From a virus (Duplodnaviria; Caudoviricetes), in IMG/VR virus record IMGVR_UViG_3300005323_000369, positions 1-43,245 of that record: 43,245 bases of DNA. One strand, written 5' to 3'. Shown here piece by piece: positions 35,661-43,245 of the stretch (position 1 is the stretch's first letter; each line of letters starts with the position of its first letter). The notes below the pieces were generated by a model, which saw only the letters and a list, made by a program, of their open reading frames with translations, was not told where the DNA came from and made no database searches. A program made the position numbers and the translations under genes.

Positions 35661-36911
35661 ATGATCGACCACAAAGTCACTGTAGGCGGCATTGATGTCT
35701 CTAACGATCTCATAAGCATCCAGGTGCAACAGCAAGTGGCAGATGCCGATTCAGATCCCGGTAAAATCACGATAGTACTTGCCAACCCCCACCAGAAATA
35801 TACCAATCGATTTTCTCCCCAAGTCACGCCCATCGAGATAATACTATACAATTTTGTTTATAACTCAGAAGAGGAGCGAAGGCTTGCAGGGGGACATGAG
35901 CAGGCGGAGTATCTGGTGGCCACCGGGCATATGATAAATCTTTCAGCGAACCATGAAGAGGTCACAATTACTGGTGAGTGCGATCTCGGCCACCTGGCGG
36001 ATGCCCTGCCGAAAGATCATGACTACAACATCATGCCGATCAAAGCCAGGGAAGTTCTTGAGACGATTCTCTCTTGGCATGAAGATGAACCCATAAAACT
36101 CGATTGGGATCCATCTTTAGAGGACAAGACCCTCGAGAGAATAACATACGACGCCGATTGGACCTATCAAGGTGTCGTAGATGATATTGCGCAGATCGTG
36201 GGCGCGATCTACTATTTCTCCGAGGCCAATATCTTGAAGTTCAAGAGCCCGGCCTCGACTGAAGGCGAATGCGATCTGGATGGGCACATCACAAATCCTG
36301 ACCAGACGGCCAGTATTACAGGTTTTTGCAACGTGGTGCCGATCATTGGCAACATGAGTGATGAACCGGATGATCCGGAAGGCATTGTCATGCCCTCTCC
36401 TGCACCGATCATTGCGATTGCAGTTGATGAGGCATCGGTCCAGGAGGTTGGCGTTCTCATGGCCCCGGCAGAGTATGCATACAACATAAAAACCCAGGAC
36501 GATGTGAATGCAAGAGCGGATCAAAAGCTCCGTCTTTATAGGATGCATAAAAACGCCGAGACGACGCCAGTTGTCGAAGGCATTGTGCCGCCTCTAATGT
36601 CAATAGTATCCTATACACCCTTCATACCGATTTCGAAAGACGAAATCTCCAAGATGAATGCTGCACTAGCGGACCGCCTGGCTGAGCTTCAGGCTTTCGA
36701 AGATGAACTCGCAAAAGATAACAACCGCGCAGCAAATAAGATCCAAATCTCGAACAAGGTGCGCGGTGTTGTCGTTGGCAAAGATGTGAGCTACAGCATA
36801 GACGGTCTGGAATGCAAACTTACGGTCTCGCCCGGATTGCTAACGGTGGACGACCCCATCACAGACGAATCCATATCAGGAAGCATATGGAATGCAGATG
36901 AGGAGGAGTGA
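35661..36911 (+). CDS. Baseplate hub protein (gpD / gp27-like)
   Basis: 416 aa; VTVGGIDVS..LISIQV, I.L.NP, D.A...G..YYF..N.L.F pattern. Confidence 0.72.
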   Translation: MIDHKVTVGGIDVSNDLISIQVQQQVADADSDPGKITIVLANPHQKYTNRFSPQVTPIEIILYNFVYNSEEERRLAGGHEQAEYLVATGHMINLSANHEEVTITGECDLGHLADALPKDHDYNIMPIKAREVLETILSWHEDEPIKLDWDPSLEDKTLERITYDADWTYQGVVDDIAQIVGAIYYFSEANILKFKSPASTEGECDLDGHITNPDQTASITGFCNVVPIIGNMSDEPDDPEGIVMPSPAPIIAIAVDEASVQEVGVLMAPAEYAYNIKTQDDVNARADQKLRLYRMHKNAETTPVVEGIVPPLMSIVSYTPFIPISKDEISKMNAALADRLAELQAFEDELAKDNNRAANKIQISNKVRGVVVGKDVSYSIDGLECKLTVSPGLLTVDDPITDESISGSIWNADEEE

Positions 36912-36914
36912 CTC

Positions 36915-38167
36915 TTGGTTGGACTAAAAAATAGGCTAACGGCTTCAACCAAGAGGCTCATAAGAAGACATCTCAAGTTTGAAATGTGCCTGGTGGACCA
37001 GGTCAACTGGCACAAGGAACCGGATGATAAGAAGTTCAACACTGTGGACGTTCTAAAGAGAGATCGCAGGGCCTTCTCGGATGACGGCAAGCACTATTAT
37101 CGCCCCAAATGCATAGTGCCATTGGCAGGCATTGGCCAGCACCTCGGATGGCTTTTCTCTCCGCACGAGGGCGACATGGTATGGTCTACTTCTACCAGGA
37201 GCGCAAAGGAATCGTGCTCTTCACAATTCCCAACTGGGCGCAGTTCCCCATATGCCGCCCCACTCCCTATGATATCGCTCTGAAAGGTGGGCAGTTCAGG
37301 CGGATGAAGAGGCACCAGCCAACCGGCGATTTTCTCTATTACCCTTACCCGGAGCCCAAGAAACCCTATTGCTTTCGATGGTTTCACGGCGAAGATGCCT
37401 ACAAGGCAGGCGACATAGGACCGGGACGAGATTGGTGTCTGCTGTTCGATTATTGCCAGTTGGGTGAGTGCTGCCCGGATTGCAATCTGTGCAAGACCAT
37501 AGATAGCATTCAGCGTCTGAAGAACCAGTACCTCAAGTTCTATTCAGAGGACACGGAGAGCCGCAGAGCATATCCCTGGAGAGCGGAATTCAAGGCGTAC
37601 TGCGGATCCTTCTGGATGTTCGAATCCAGGGACCGCCCGTCTTCGGAATACATCTCAGAAGTCCACACCGAAGGCGAAGGCTACTGGACGGTGCAGGGTG
37701 CAAAGATTGAGAATAACCTTGAGACCCTGTTGGGCCACATCCGCCATAGCCCGGACGGCTGCCTGGAGGGCCATAGTGCCACTCCCGAGGCATCTCAGGA
37801 AGACAACGTGGGCCATCGTTGGAAGGTCTACAGCCCAGACAGCACTATATCAGATTCCCGTGGCCCCATTGCCGCCGAACTGGTAAATCTTGAGAAGAAA
37901 GCTCTTGTGCGCATCTACAAGGATGGATCTGCCAGGATGGTATCGGCAAACGATGTCACCGGTGCAACGGGAAGATCTGAAGTCGTTGTAGGAGTTGATG
38001 GCCATTGCTGGTTATGGAATCTCGTCGATGATGCCAGCATAGAGTTCTTTTCGGGCGGTGTGGCGACCGTGACGTCGCCAGTTGAAATCAACCTGAACGC
38101 GCCCGTGATCAAGCAAAACGGCGTGCAGATACATCCCGGTATTTTTGATGGATGGGTTTCGAGATGA
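36915..38167 (+). pseudogene. Baseplate spike (gpV/gp5 OB-fold-like) gene split by a 1-nt frameshift near 37180
   Basis: Frame 1 ends GWLFSPHEGDMV and frame 2 continues MVYFYQERKGIVL, together giving the P..GD.V.V.F motif; C-terminal INLNAP beta-helix-like end. Confidence 0.65.
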
Positions 38168-38934
38168 CCGAAGCATGGGCATATTACGATACTAACACTA
38201 TCCAGATCTCCGGGGATGTCTCGGCATACTACTGGCCGAACCAGCTGGTCAGCATCACCCAAACCACGCAAAAGTTCTTCGTTGTTATGGGCGTGTCGGT
38301 GGTTGGAGGCAACACCCATCTGACGATATCGGGCGGAGGCATCTATGTCCTGGCAAATGCTCCGATTACAGCGCATGCCGTGACAGCAAATGCGGGGATT
38401 TCGGGGCTGCCGAGCGGCTTCCTGGCGCAGGGGCTGGCCTACGGTGCCGCATCCAAGGATGCGCCCGTCGATGGGGATCGGCTCACCCTGTGGGATAGTG
38501 CGGCCAACTTCGTGCAGAAGGGGCTGACATGGGCGAACCTGAAAGCGGCGCTCAAAACTCATTTTGATACCCAATATGCTCCGAAAGCTCGCTCATATAA
38601 TATTGAATTTTCGTTGGATGGCGGAGGCTCGGCAATAACAACAGGCCATAAGGCGGGCGGAGATATACCCCTAGCCGGGACAATTACTTCAGTCCGGGTA
38701 ATTTCGACAGACAATACGTCGGGCTCAATATCAATCACCGTCAACAAAGGTACTCTCGCCAATACTCCCGGCTCAATGTCGGCTATGGGAACTTTTGCTA
38801 TTTCATCATCCACAAAAAACGTAACCACGGGATTATCCATCGTAGTCGCTGCAGGCGATTGCTTTGAGCTAAATGTTACGAGTGTTACGAGCCTGAAAAA
38901 TGTTCTGCTGAGTATGACCGTTGAGGTTGCATAA
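38164..38934 (+). CDS. Fibre protein 2 with conserved C-terminal tip domain
   Basis: K.APVDGD...DSA......TWANLK fibre motif; C-terminus paralogous to 20659-21867. Confidence 0.72.
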   Translation: MTEAWAYYDTNTIQISGDVSAYYWPNQLVSITQTTQKFFVVMGVSVVGGNTHLTISGGGIYVLANAPITAHAVTANAGISGLPSGFLAQGLAYGAASKDAPVDGDRLTLWDSAANFVQKGLTWANLKAALKTHFDTQYAPKARSYNIEFSLDGGGSAITTGHKAGGDIPLAGTITSVRVISTDNTSGSISITVNKGTLANTPGSMSAMGTFAISSSTKNVTTGLSIVVAAGDCFELNVTSVTSLKNVLLSMTVEVA

Positions 38935-39699
38935 ATGGCTTATACCGCAGATGTGCTGGAAGGCGGGACGGCTTACGATTCAGGCCATTATTCAGGATAT
39001 CACGCTGGTCTTGCGTGCGATAACAGCGAAGCAGCTGGCTCTTATTGGTATGGGTATCCAAATAATCCAAACTGTTGGGGGTATTATTGGCCAGCAGGCA
39101 CGTACAAGATGGTACGAAAGCTCCGAATGCGCAGTGTTTGGGTTGGCGGAAATGCCTCTGGAATAGCTGGTTTCTCCTTATATGGAACTAACGATGGCAC
39201 AAATTGGACGCTCATTTACAGCGGCACGCAGGGGAACAACGCTAACATCTGGTACGAATATATATTCGCAAATAATACCGCATACAACAGATATCAAATC
39301 AATTTTAGCGGAAGCTATTATGACTCAATAAGAACTATTGTACTCGAAATAGAGATGATGGAGGAAATAATTTATCCTCCAAATACACCATCAACACCTA
39401 GTGGAAATTCATCGGTTGTCACAGGAGTTTCAAACTCATATTCAACGGCGGCAACTGATCCTGCGGGGAGAAATGTCTATTACGTGTTCGATTGGGGAGA
39501 TGGATCCGGCTATACCTCTACGGGATGGTATGCATCAGGCGCAACAGGTTCCGCATCTCATGCTTTTGCAGCTCCTGGATCTTATTCCGTGAGAATTTAT
39601 GCTGTAAATTCCGAGGGACTTGGTTCAGGATGGTCAAACATTCTAACGGTCATTGTTGCTTCTGGTAGCAGTTCTTTCAGGTTGGTAGGCCTGTGCTAA
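38935..39699 (+). CDS. Adhesin 2: one discoidin-like domain plus PKD-like domain
   Basis: ACDN...YW...YGTNDGTNWT...YNRY...EIE; PNTPSTPSG...FDWGDG...SHAF..PGSY. Confidence 0.82.
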   Translation: MAYTADVLEGGTAYDSGHYSGYHAGLACDNSEAAGSYWYGYPNNPNCWGYYWPAGTYKMVRKLRMRSVWVGGNASGIAGFSLYGTNDGTNWTLIYSGTQGNNANIWYEYIFANNTAYNRYQINFSGSYYDSIRTIVLEIEMMEEIIYPPNTPSTPSGNSSVVTGVSNSYSTAATDPAGRNVYYVFDWGDGSGYTSTGWYASGATGSASHAFAAPGSYSVRIYAVNSEGLGSGWSNILTVIVASGSSSFRLVGLC

Positions 39700-39721
39700 T
39701 TCATGACACGAAGGTGGAAGC

Positions 39722-39982
39722 TTGAAGTTTGAAATGCCTCAGACTCCAGAGGGTCAAATTGCCATGCACAGCGCCATGCTGCAGCACGTCCGGGCTGCCC
39801 TCATAAATATTTCCAGAGACCAGGGATCTCTGCAGCAGCGTATCGGACAGAAATCCGCCCTCGGCTTTGATACCGGAGCTGATCAAAAAATCCTACGGAA
39901 TCTGCACCGCCAGGAGCTGTGCCTGTGGGACCAGGAGAGACGCTTGCAGGAGATGATCACATCGCTACAGACTGGAGACTGA
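39722..39982 (+). CDS. Small helical hypothetical protein
   Basis: AGGTGG RBS; ORF between adhesin and wedge genes. Confidence 0.55.
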   Translation: MKFEMPQTPEGQIAMHSAMLQHVRAALINISRDQGSLQQRIGQKSALGFDTGADQKILRNLHRQELCLWDQERRLQEMITSLQTGD

Positions 39983-40401
39983 ACGCCGAGCAGGCTTTGA
40001 ACTCGGGCCGGGTGCGCTGCCACGGTGCTGCAGACCTCGTCTGGGGACCCGGACGGGATTGGGCACGCGTGTCTGGTAAACTGCAGCTCGTCCAGAAGCT
40101 CATCATCTGGGCGGCTATCACGAAGGGAGAGATAATCAATGAGCCCGAGCTCGGCTGCTGCCTGCATAACTACCTCTTCGCAAAGCTGACCGAATCATCC
40201 ATGCTGGAGCTGCAGATGGAGCTCGAGTACGACCTGAAAAATCAGCTCCCGGAGCTGGGCGTGCAGAGTATCTCAGTTGCACAGAGCGGCGCGGATGCCG
40301 TGAATATCACGATCCTTTCCTCGGAGCTCGGCAAGTTCCTGCTGCAGGCCAGCCGCGAGGACCTGCTGAACATCAACCTCGTAGATTCGTTTTTCACATA
40401 G
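39919..40401 (+). CDS. Baseplate wedge / sheath initiator (gp25 / gpW-like); start uncertain
   Basis: LVQKLI....TKGE...PELGC.L..YLF...L...LPE motif. Confidence 0.78.
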   Translation: MPVGPGETLAGDDHIATDWRLNAEQALNSGRVRCHGAADLVWGPGRDWARVSGKLQLVQKLIIWAAITKGEIINEPELGCCLHNYLFAKLTESSMLELQMELEYDLKNQLPELGVQSISVAQSGADAVNITILSSELGKFLLQASREDLLNINLVDSFFT

Positions 40402-40408
40402 GTAATAG

Positions 40409-41866
40409 GTGATTTCTTTGACCGTTCCTACTGTTGCCGCCCTAGTGAAGCGCCTCGAAGACGCCCAGGCGGCCATGCTGCCCGGCCAGAAGAGCATGGA
40501 TAAGCTGACCCTGCATTACCTGGCAAATCTCACGGTTGCTGCGGAACTCAAGGACGGCTACCAGCAGCTCGAAGACGGGATAGCGGATATCGACGTCCTG
40601 AAGGCTGCCGGCAGCAAGCTGGATGCCATCGTTTCCCACGTGCTGATAGAAGGCCGCATGCTGGGAGATTATGCCACCGGAACGGCGGTCTTCAAGACAG
40701 CTTATCCGGCCACGAGCATAATCACGATTCCTGCGGGCACGAAGACCTATGCAATTCTTGAAGACGGCACCAAGCTCTACTTCCAGACCACCGAAGCGGG
40801 AAGAGTGCTGGCAGGAAATAGCCAGGTGGCCATAACATCAAGGGCTCTGGTGCGCGGCATCTCGGGCAATATCGGACCCTATACGCTGCTGAATACTGTG
40901 AGCAGGATCACGAGCATCGTATCGGTGGAGAATCCTCTGGCATTCTCGGGCGGGACGGTGGACGAGACGGATGATGAGCTGCGGGAGAGGTATTTTGACG
41001 CTGTGCAGGCCCCGGGGAAAGCCACCATCACGATGCTCGAGCGCGCCCTGAATGACATCTCAACCGTGGCGGAGGTCAAGGTCTGGAACTATGGTTCCGG
41101 TGATATGGGCGTCCTGGTCGACCACTCGGAAGGGGTTGCAGAGGTCTCCAAGGATATCGTGGACTGCCTCCGGACTAACATAGCAGCCGGCGCTGTTGCC
41201 AGGGGCGAGATAGGAGCGACAGTAGACGCCGGGACTGTGGTGATCCTGGAGGATGACGTTTATGGCGGCATGGTTTGGGTGAGACCGCGCAACTTCGTGA
41301 AGTTGGGCGACTATTTCACCTTCGCTTACCGTGATATGGCCAACCAGGTGCTGACCGGGTCTGCGACCATTCCGCCCGCAACGCATAGGGGGGCCATGAT
41401 TCAGGCCGCGCTGCAGAGCCCTTCGGATAGGGCCAAGAAGATTCTGCAGGTTACTCCATCGTCGGGAGGCAATGGCTATGACATCCTTCTCGGCATGGGT
41501 GAGCCCCAGTATCTCTACAACTTGCCCGAACTCATCACGGTTAATATTAATGCCCAGATCTATTTGACCGAGACACCGGAGGCGGACCTGGTCGAGAACA
41601 TCAAAGCCTCGCTGACAGCCTTCCTGGGAGCGTTCAGGATCGGTGAGAGCCTGCAGTATTCCGATGTTTTGCGCTTCTTCCAGAACTACTATGATGCAAC
41701 AGCAGACGAGAATGTGGGGAGAACTCTGGCGGGGATAGATGAAATTGTGCAGCTCACTGCACTCGGTGGAGGGCAGTCAGCCTACAGGATCGGGGATCGA
41801 ATCAATGTGGAGGAAGATTGGCGGATAGAGGCTGGCACAATGAATATCACGGTGCTGGAGGGCTAA
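40409..41866 (+). CDS. Baseplate J-like protein
   Basis: G..LD, ATG...F, IPAGT, FQT, G..GN, V.NP.AFSGG..DETDDELRER. Confidence 0.9.
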   Translation: MISLTVPTVAALVKRLEDAQAAMLPGQKSMDKLTLHYLANLTVAAELKDGYQQLEDGIADIDVLKAAGSKLDAIVSHVLIEGRMLGDYATGTAVFKTAYPATSIITIPAGTKTYAILEDGTKLYFQTTEAGRVLAGNSQVAITSRALVRGISGNIGPYTLLNTVSRITSIVSVENPLAFSGGTVDETDDELRERYFDAVQAPGKATITMLERALNDISTVAEVKVWNYGSGDMGVLVDHSEGVAEVSKDIVDCLRTNIAAGAVARGEIGATVDAGTVVILEDDVYGGMVWVRPRNFVKLGDYFTFAYRDMANQVLTGSATIPPATHRGAMIQAALQSPSDRAKKILQVTPSSGGNGYDILLGMGEPQYLYNLPELITVNINAQIYLTETPEADLVENIKASLTAFLGAFRIGESLQYSDVLRFFQNYYDATADENVGRTLAGIDEIVQLTALGGGQSAYRIGDRINVEEDWRIEAGTMNITVLEG

Positions 41867-41867
41867 T

Positions 41868-41999
41868 ATGCCAGAGCCGACTATTCCGGAGTGCCCGGCC
41901 TATGAAGTATGCCGGGCGAAAAATGCAGGATGCGAGGTGTGTCTGGAGCTGAGCGTCGAGGAATGGAGGAAGCATGTGAATAAGGTGATGCGGAAGTAA
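41868..41999 (+). CDS. 43-aa Cys-rich microprotein
   Basis: MPEPTIPECPAYEVCRAKNAGCEVCLELSVEEWRKHVNKVMRK with GGAGG RBS. Confidence 0.5.
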   Translation: MPEPTIPECPAYEVCRAKNAGCEVCLELSVEEWRKHVNKVMRK

Positions 42000-42262
42000 T
42001 TTTCTATCAGTGAAAAGCTCGTTTTTATAATATATTTGCAGAATGCCCAATCCACCAATATATTAGTGAGGGGCAGTCCCATCACCTCGCCGGGCCTGGG
42101 GCGATCCCTGTTTAATACTTCCAATTTGTGGTTTTTTTCTTCTTTAAAAATACCGCAATAGACATATAGATCGTATGCAGATGTGTTCGCCAGTAAGATA
42201 TCACTTAAAATCGCCATTACCTTTTTCATATTTTGCGCGTTCTTTGGATAATGGTTTTTCAT
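41900..42262 (-). CDS. Possible AT-rich hypothetical protein or remnant
   Basis: ATG at 42262 after GGTGG; 3' end overlaps the + strand microprotein. Confidence 0.25.
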   Translation of the reverse strand: MKNHYPKNAQNMKKVMAILSDILLANTSAYDLYVYCGIFKEEKNHKLEVLNRDRPRPGEVMGLPLTNILVDWAFCKYIIKTSFSLIENYFRITLFTCFLHSSTLSSRHTSHPAFFARHTS

Positions 42263-42327
42263 GCCACCATCTCTAACAGAGGGCTGAAAACAATAGCATG
42301 TGCAGTGCGGCACCAAAATGAAAAAAA

Positions 42328-43245
42328 TTATACACCCAACTGCGGTATATGTGCCAGATAGCTCCTGCGCACATCTTCGGGCTGGAGATGATTGTAACCG
42401 TCGAACGCACTCAATGGCGCATCTCCTCGTAGCCACATGATATGCTCACGACTCATCCCGGAACTGTAAAGCTGCGTGGTGAACCAGTGCCTGCAGCAAT
42501 GAGCGGAGAAATGATCCTCCAGCCGCTGGGATGTCGAGTCATGCAGACCGGCACGGACCGCGGCTTTCCTGATCATGTAATTGATTGCGCCGGATTCGAT
42601 CCTTTTCCCCCAGGTCGAGATGAATAGGGCCCGTGTGCCATTTCTGTTTCGAGCCTCCCGGACTGCCAGCCAGCGCCGAAGCAGAAGAGCAGTTTCATCA
42701 TCGAAAAATACAGTCAGATTTGATCTCTTTTTCGCCGGTTTCAGCCTGATGCTATTATTTTTCCAGTTGATATCGTCGACATCTATGGCCAGGAGTTCTT
42801 TTCGCCGGACGCCGGTCTTCAGAAACAGCATCATTATGGCCTGGTCGCGTGGGTCCATGATCGAGCCGACCAGATCCGCCGCCTTCTCGACAGATATGCT
42901 CTGTCGGCTCTGCTTCTCACTATCTGTTTTATAGCACACAAGATAGCGTTTTCTTACTGGTGTCACTGGATTATTTTCCATTATTCCTTCATAGATATAA
43001 TACTCATAGAAACTTGAAATTGCCGCCAAGCAATGCTGAATTGTTTGCGTTCGGTTTCCTCTCTTCCTGAGTTCATCTACCCAGTCCCGGATCATTGCCC
43101 GATCAGCCACCAGAGGATTGCGGTCCATCCCTTCGGCGAATTCTAGGAATCTTTTGATATCCCAGCCATATTTTAGGATCGTCTCAGGCGACATTCCGCG
43201 GATTGCTGCATCCTGCTGCCACTTTTCTAGGAGATCTTCTTTCAT
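42328..43245 (-). CDS. Tyrosine recombinase / integrase
   Basis: N-terminal SPETI..Y SAM-like domain; catalytic TGVRRKEL, K, AHCCRHWF (HxxR), LRGD, GYNH. Confidence 0.95.
   Translation of the reverse strand: MKEDLLEKWQQDAAIRGMSPETILKYGWDIKRFLEFAEGMDRNPLVADRAMIRDWVDELRKRGNRTQTIQHCLAAISSFYEYYIYEGIMENNPVTPVRKRYLVCYKTDSEKQSRQSISVEKAADLVGSIMDPRDQAIMMLFLKTGVRRKELLAIDVDDINWKNNSIRLKPAKKRSNLTVFFDDETALLLRRWLAVREARNRNGTRALFISTWGKRIESGAINYMIRKAAVRAGLHDSTSQRLEDHFSAHCCRHWFTTQLYSSGMSREHIMWLRGDAPLSAFDGYNHLQPEDVRRSYLAHIPQLGV

Larger units (their letters stand above)
1..43245. mobile_element. Temperate tailed (myovirus-like) virus/provirus, probably archaeal; att ends not visible
   Basis: Colinear terminase-portal-protease-capsid-neck-sheath-tube-tape measure-baseplate module plus tyrosine integrase; archaeal-style promoters and RBS. 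Confidence 0.93.

Noticed and set aside
21888-39699. Diversity-generating retroelement acting on the Asn/Tyr-rich adhesins
   Set aside because: No reverse transcriptase ORF and no near-identical template/variable repeat pair differing only at adenines was seen; the paralogues differ at all base types
42300-42316. GTGCAGTGCGGCACCA as a tRNA 3' end or att core
   Set aside because: Ends in CCA but lacks a T-loop (GTTCGA) and any second copy; too short to support
328-42934. Numerous long - strand and alternate-frame ORFs in the track (for example 328-1080, 9665-10510, 28772-29419, 37915-38574)
   Set aside because: They shadow well-supported genes on the other strand or frame, lack motifs and are expected in GC-rich coding DNA
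1-43245. Amber (pyrrolysine) readthrough or an alternative genetic code
   Set aside because: Conserved genes are intact under the standard code, and TAG-ending genes are followed by separately initiated genes or intergenic DNA

Overview
The whole window reads as one temperate tailed virus (Caudoviricetes-like provirus or episome) with a contractile, myovirus-type tail. Its host is most likely an archaeon, probably a Methanosarcinales/Methanotrichales-type methanogen. That is an inference from TATA-like promoters, GGTGA/GGAGG ribosome-binding sites, Zn-ribbon and wHTH microproteins, PKD-type WGDG domains and an LRGD-type integrase; no search was run. Order on the + strand: small early genes (DUF5131/Gp37Gp68-like, wHTH proteins, an inverted-repeat ori/operator-like region, a Zn-ribbon protein, a DNA N6/N4 methyltransferase); packaging (terS, terL, HNH); head (portal, MuF-like minor capsid, zincin cargo protein, XkdF-like protease, scaffold, decoration protein, major capsid); neck, fibres and adhesins; sheath, tube, chaperones and tape measure; baseplate. 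A - strand tyrosine integrase lies at the right edge. The best-supported unusual element is a 303-bp non-autonomous IS200/IS605 derivative inserted scarlessly at the HNH stop codon. It has lost tnpA and almost all of tnpB but keeps both end hairpins and an omega-RNA-like right end whose predicted guide matches the element-free viral allele. Other notable signals: a protease precursor carrying a copy of the capsid N-terminal arm and a ferritin-like half domain, a shared SALDRL leader on head proteins, a duplicated fibre-tip/adhesin cassette, a 14-residue repeat shared by three tail proteins, a -1 frameshift signal in the tail chaperone, a frameshifted spike gene and an antisense PIP-box-like microprotein. 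All family calls come from motif recognition by eye.
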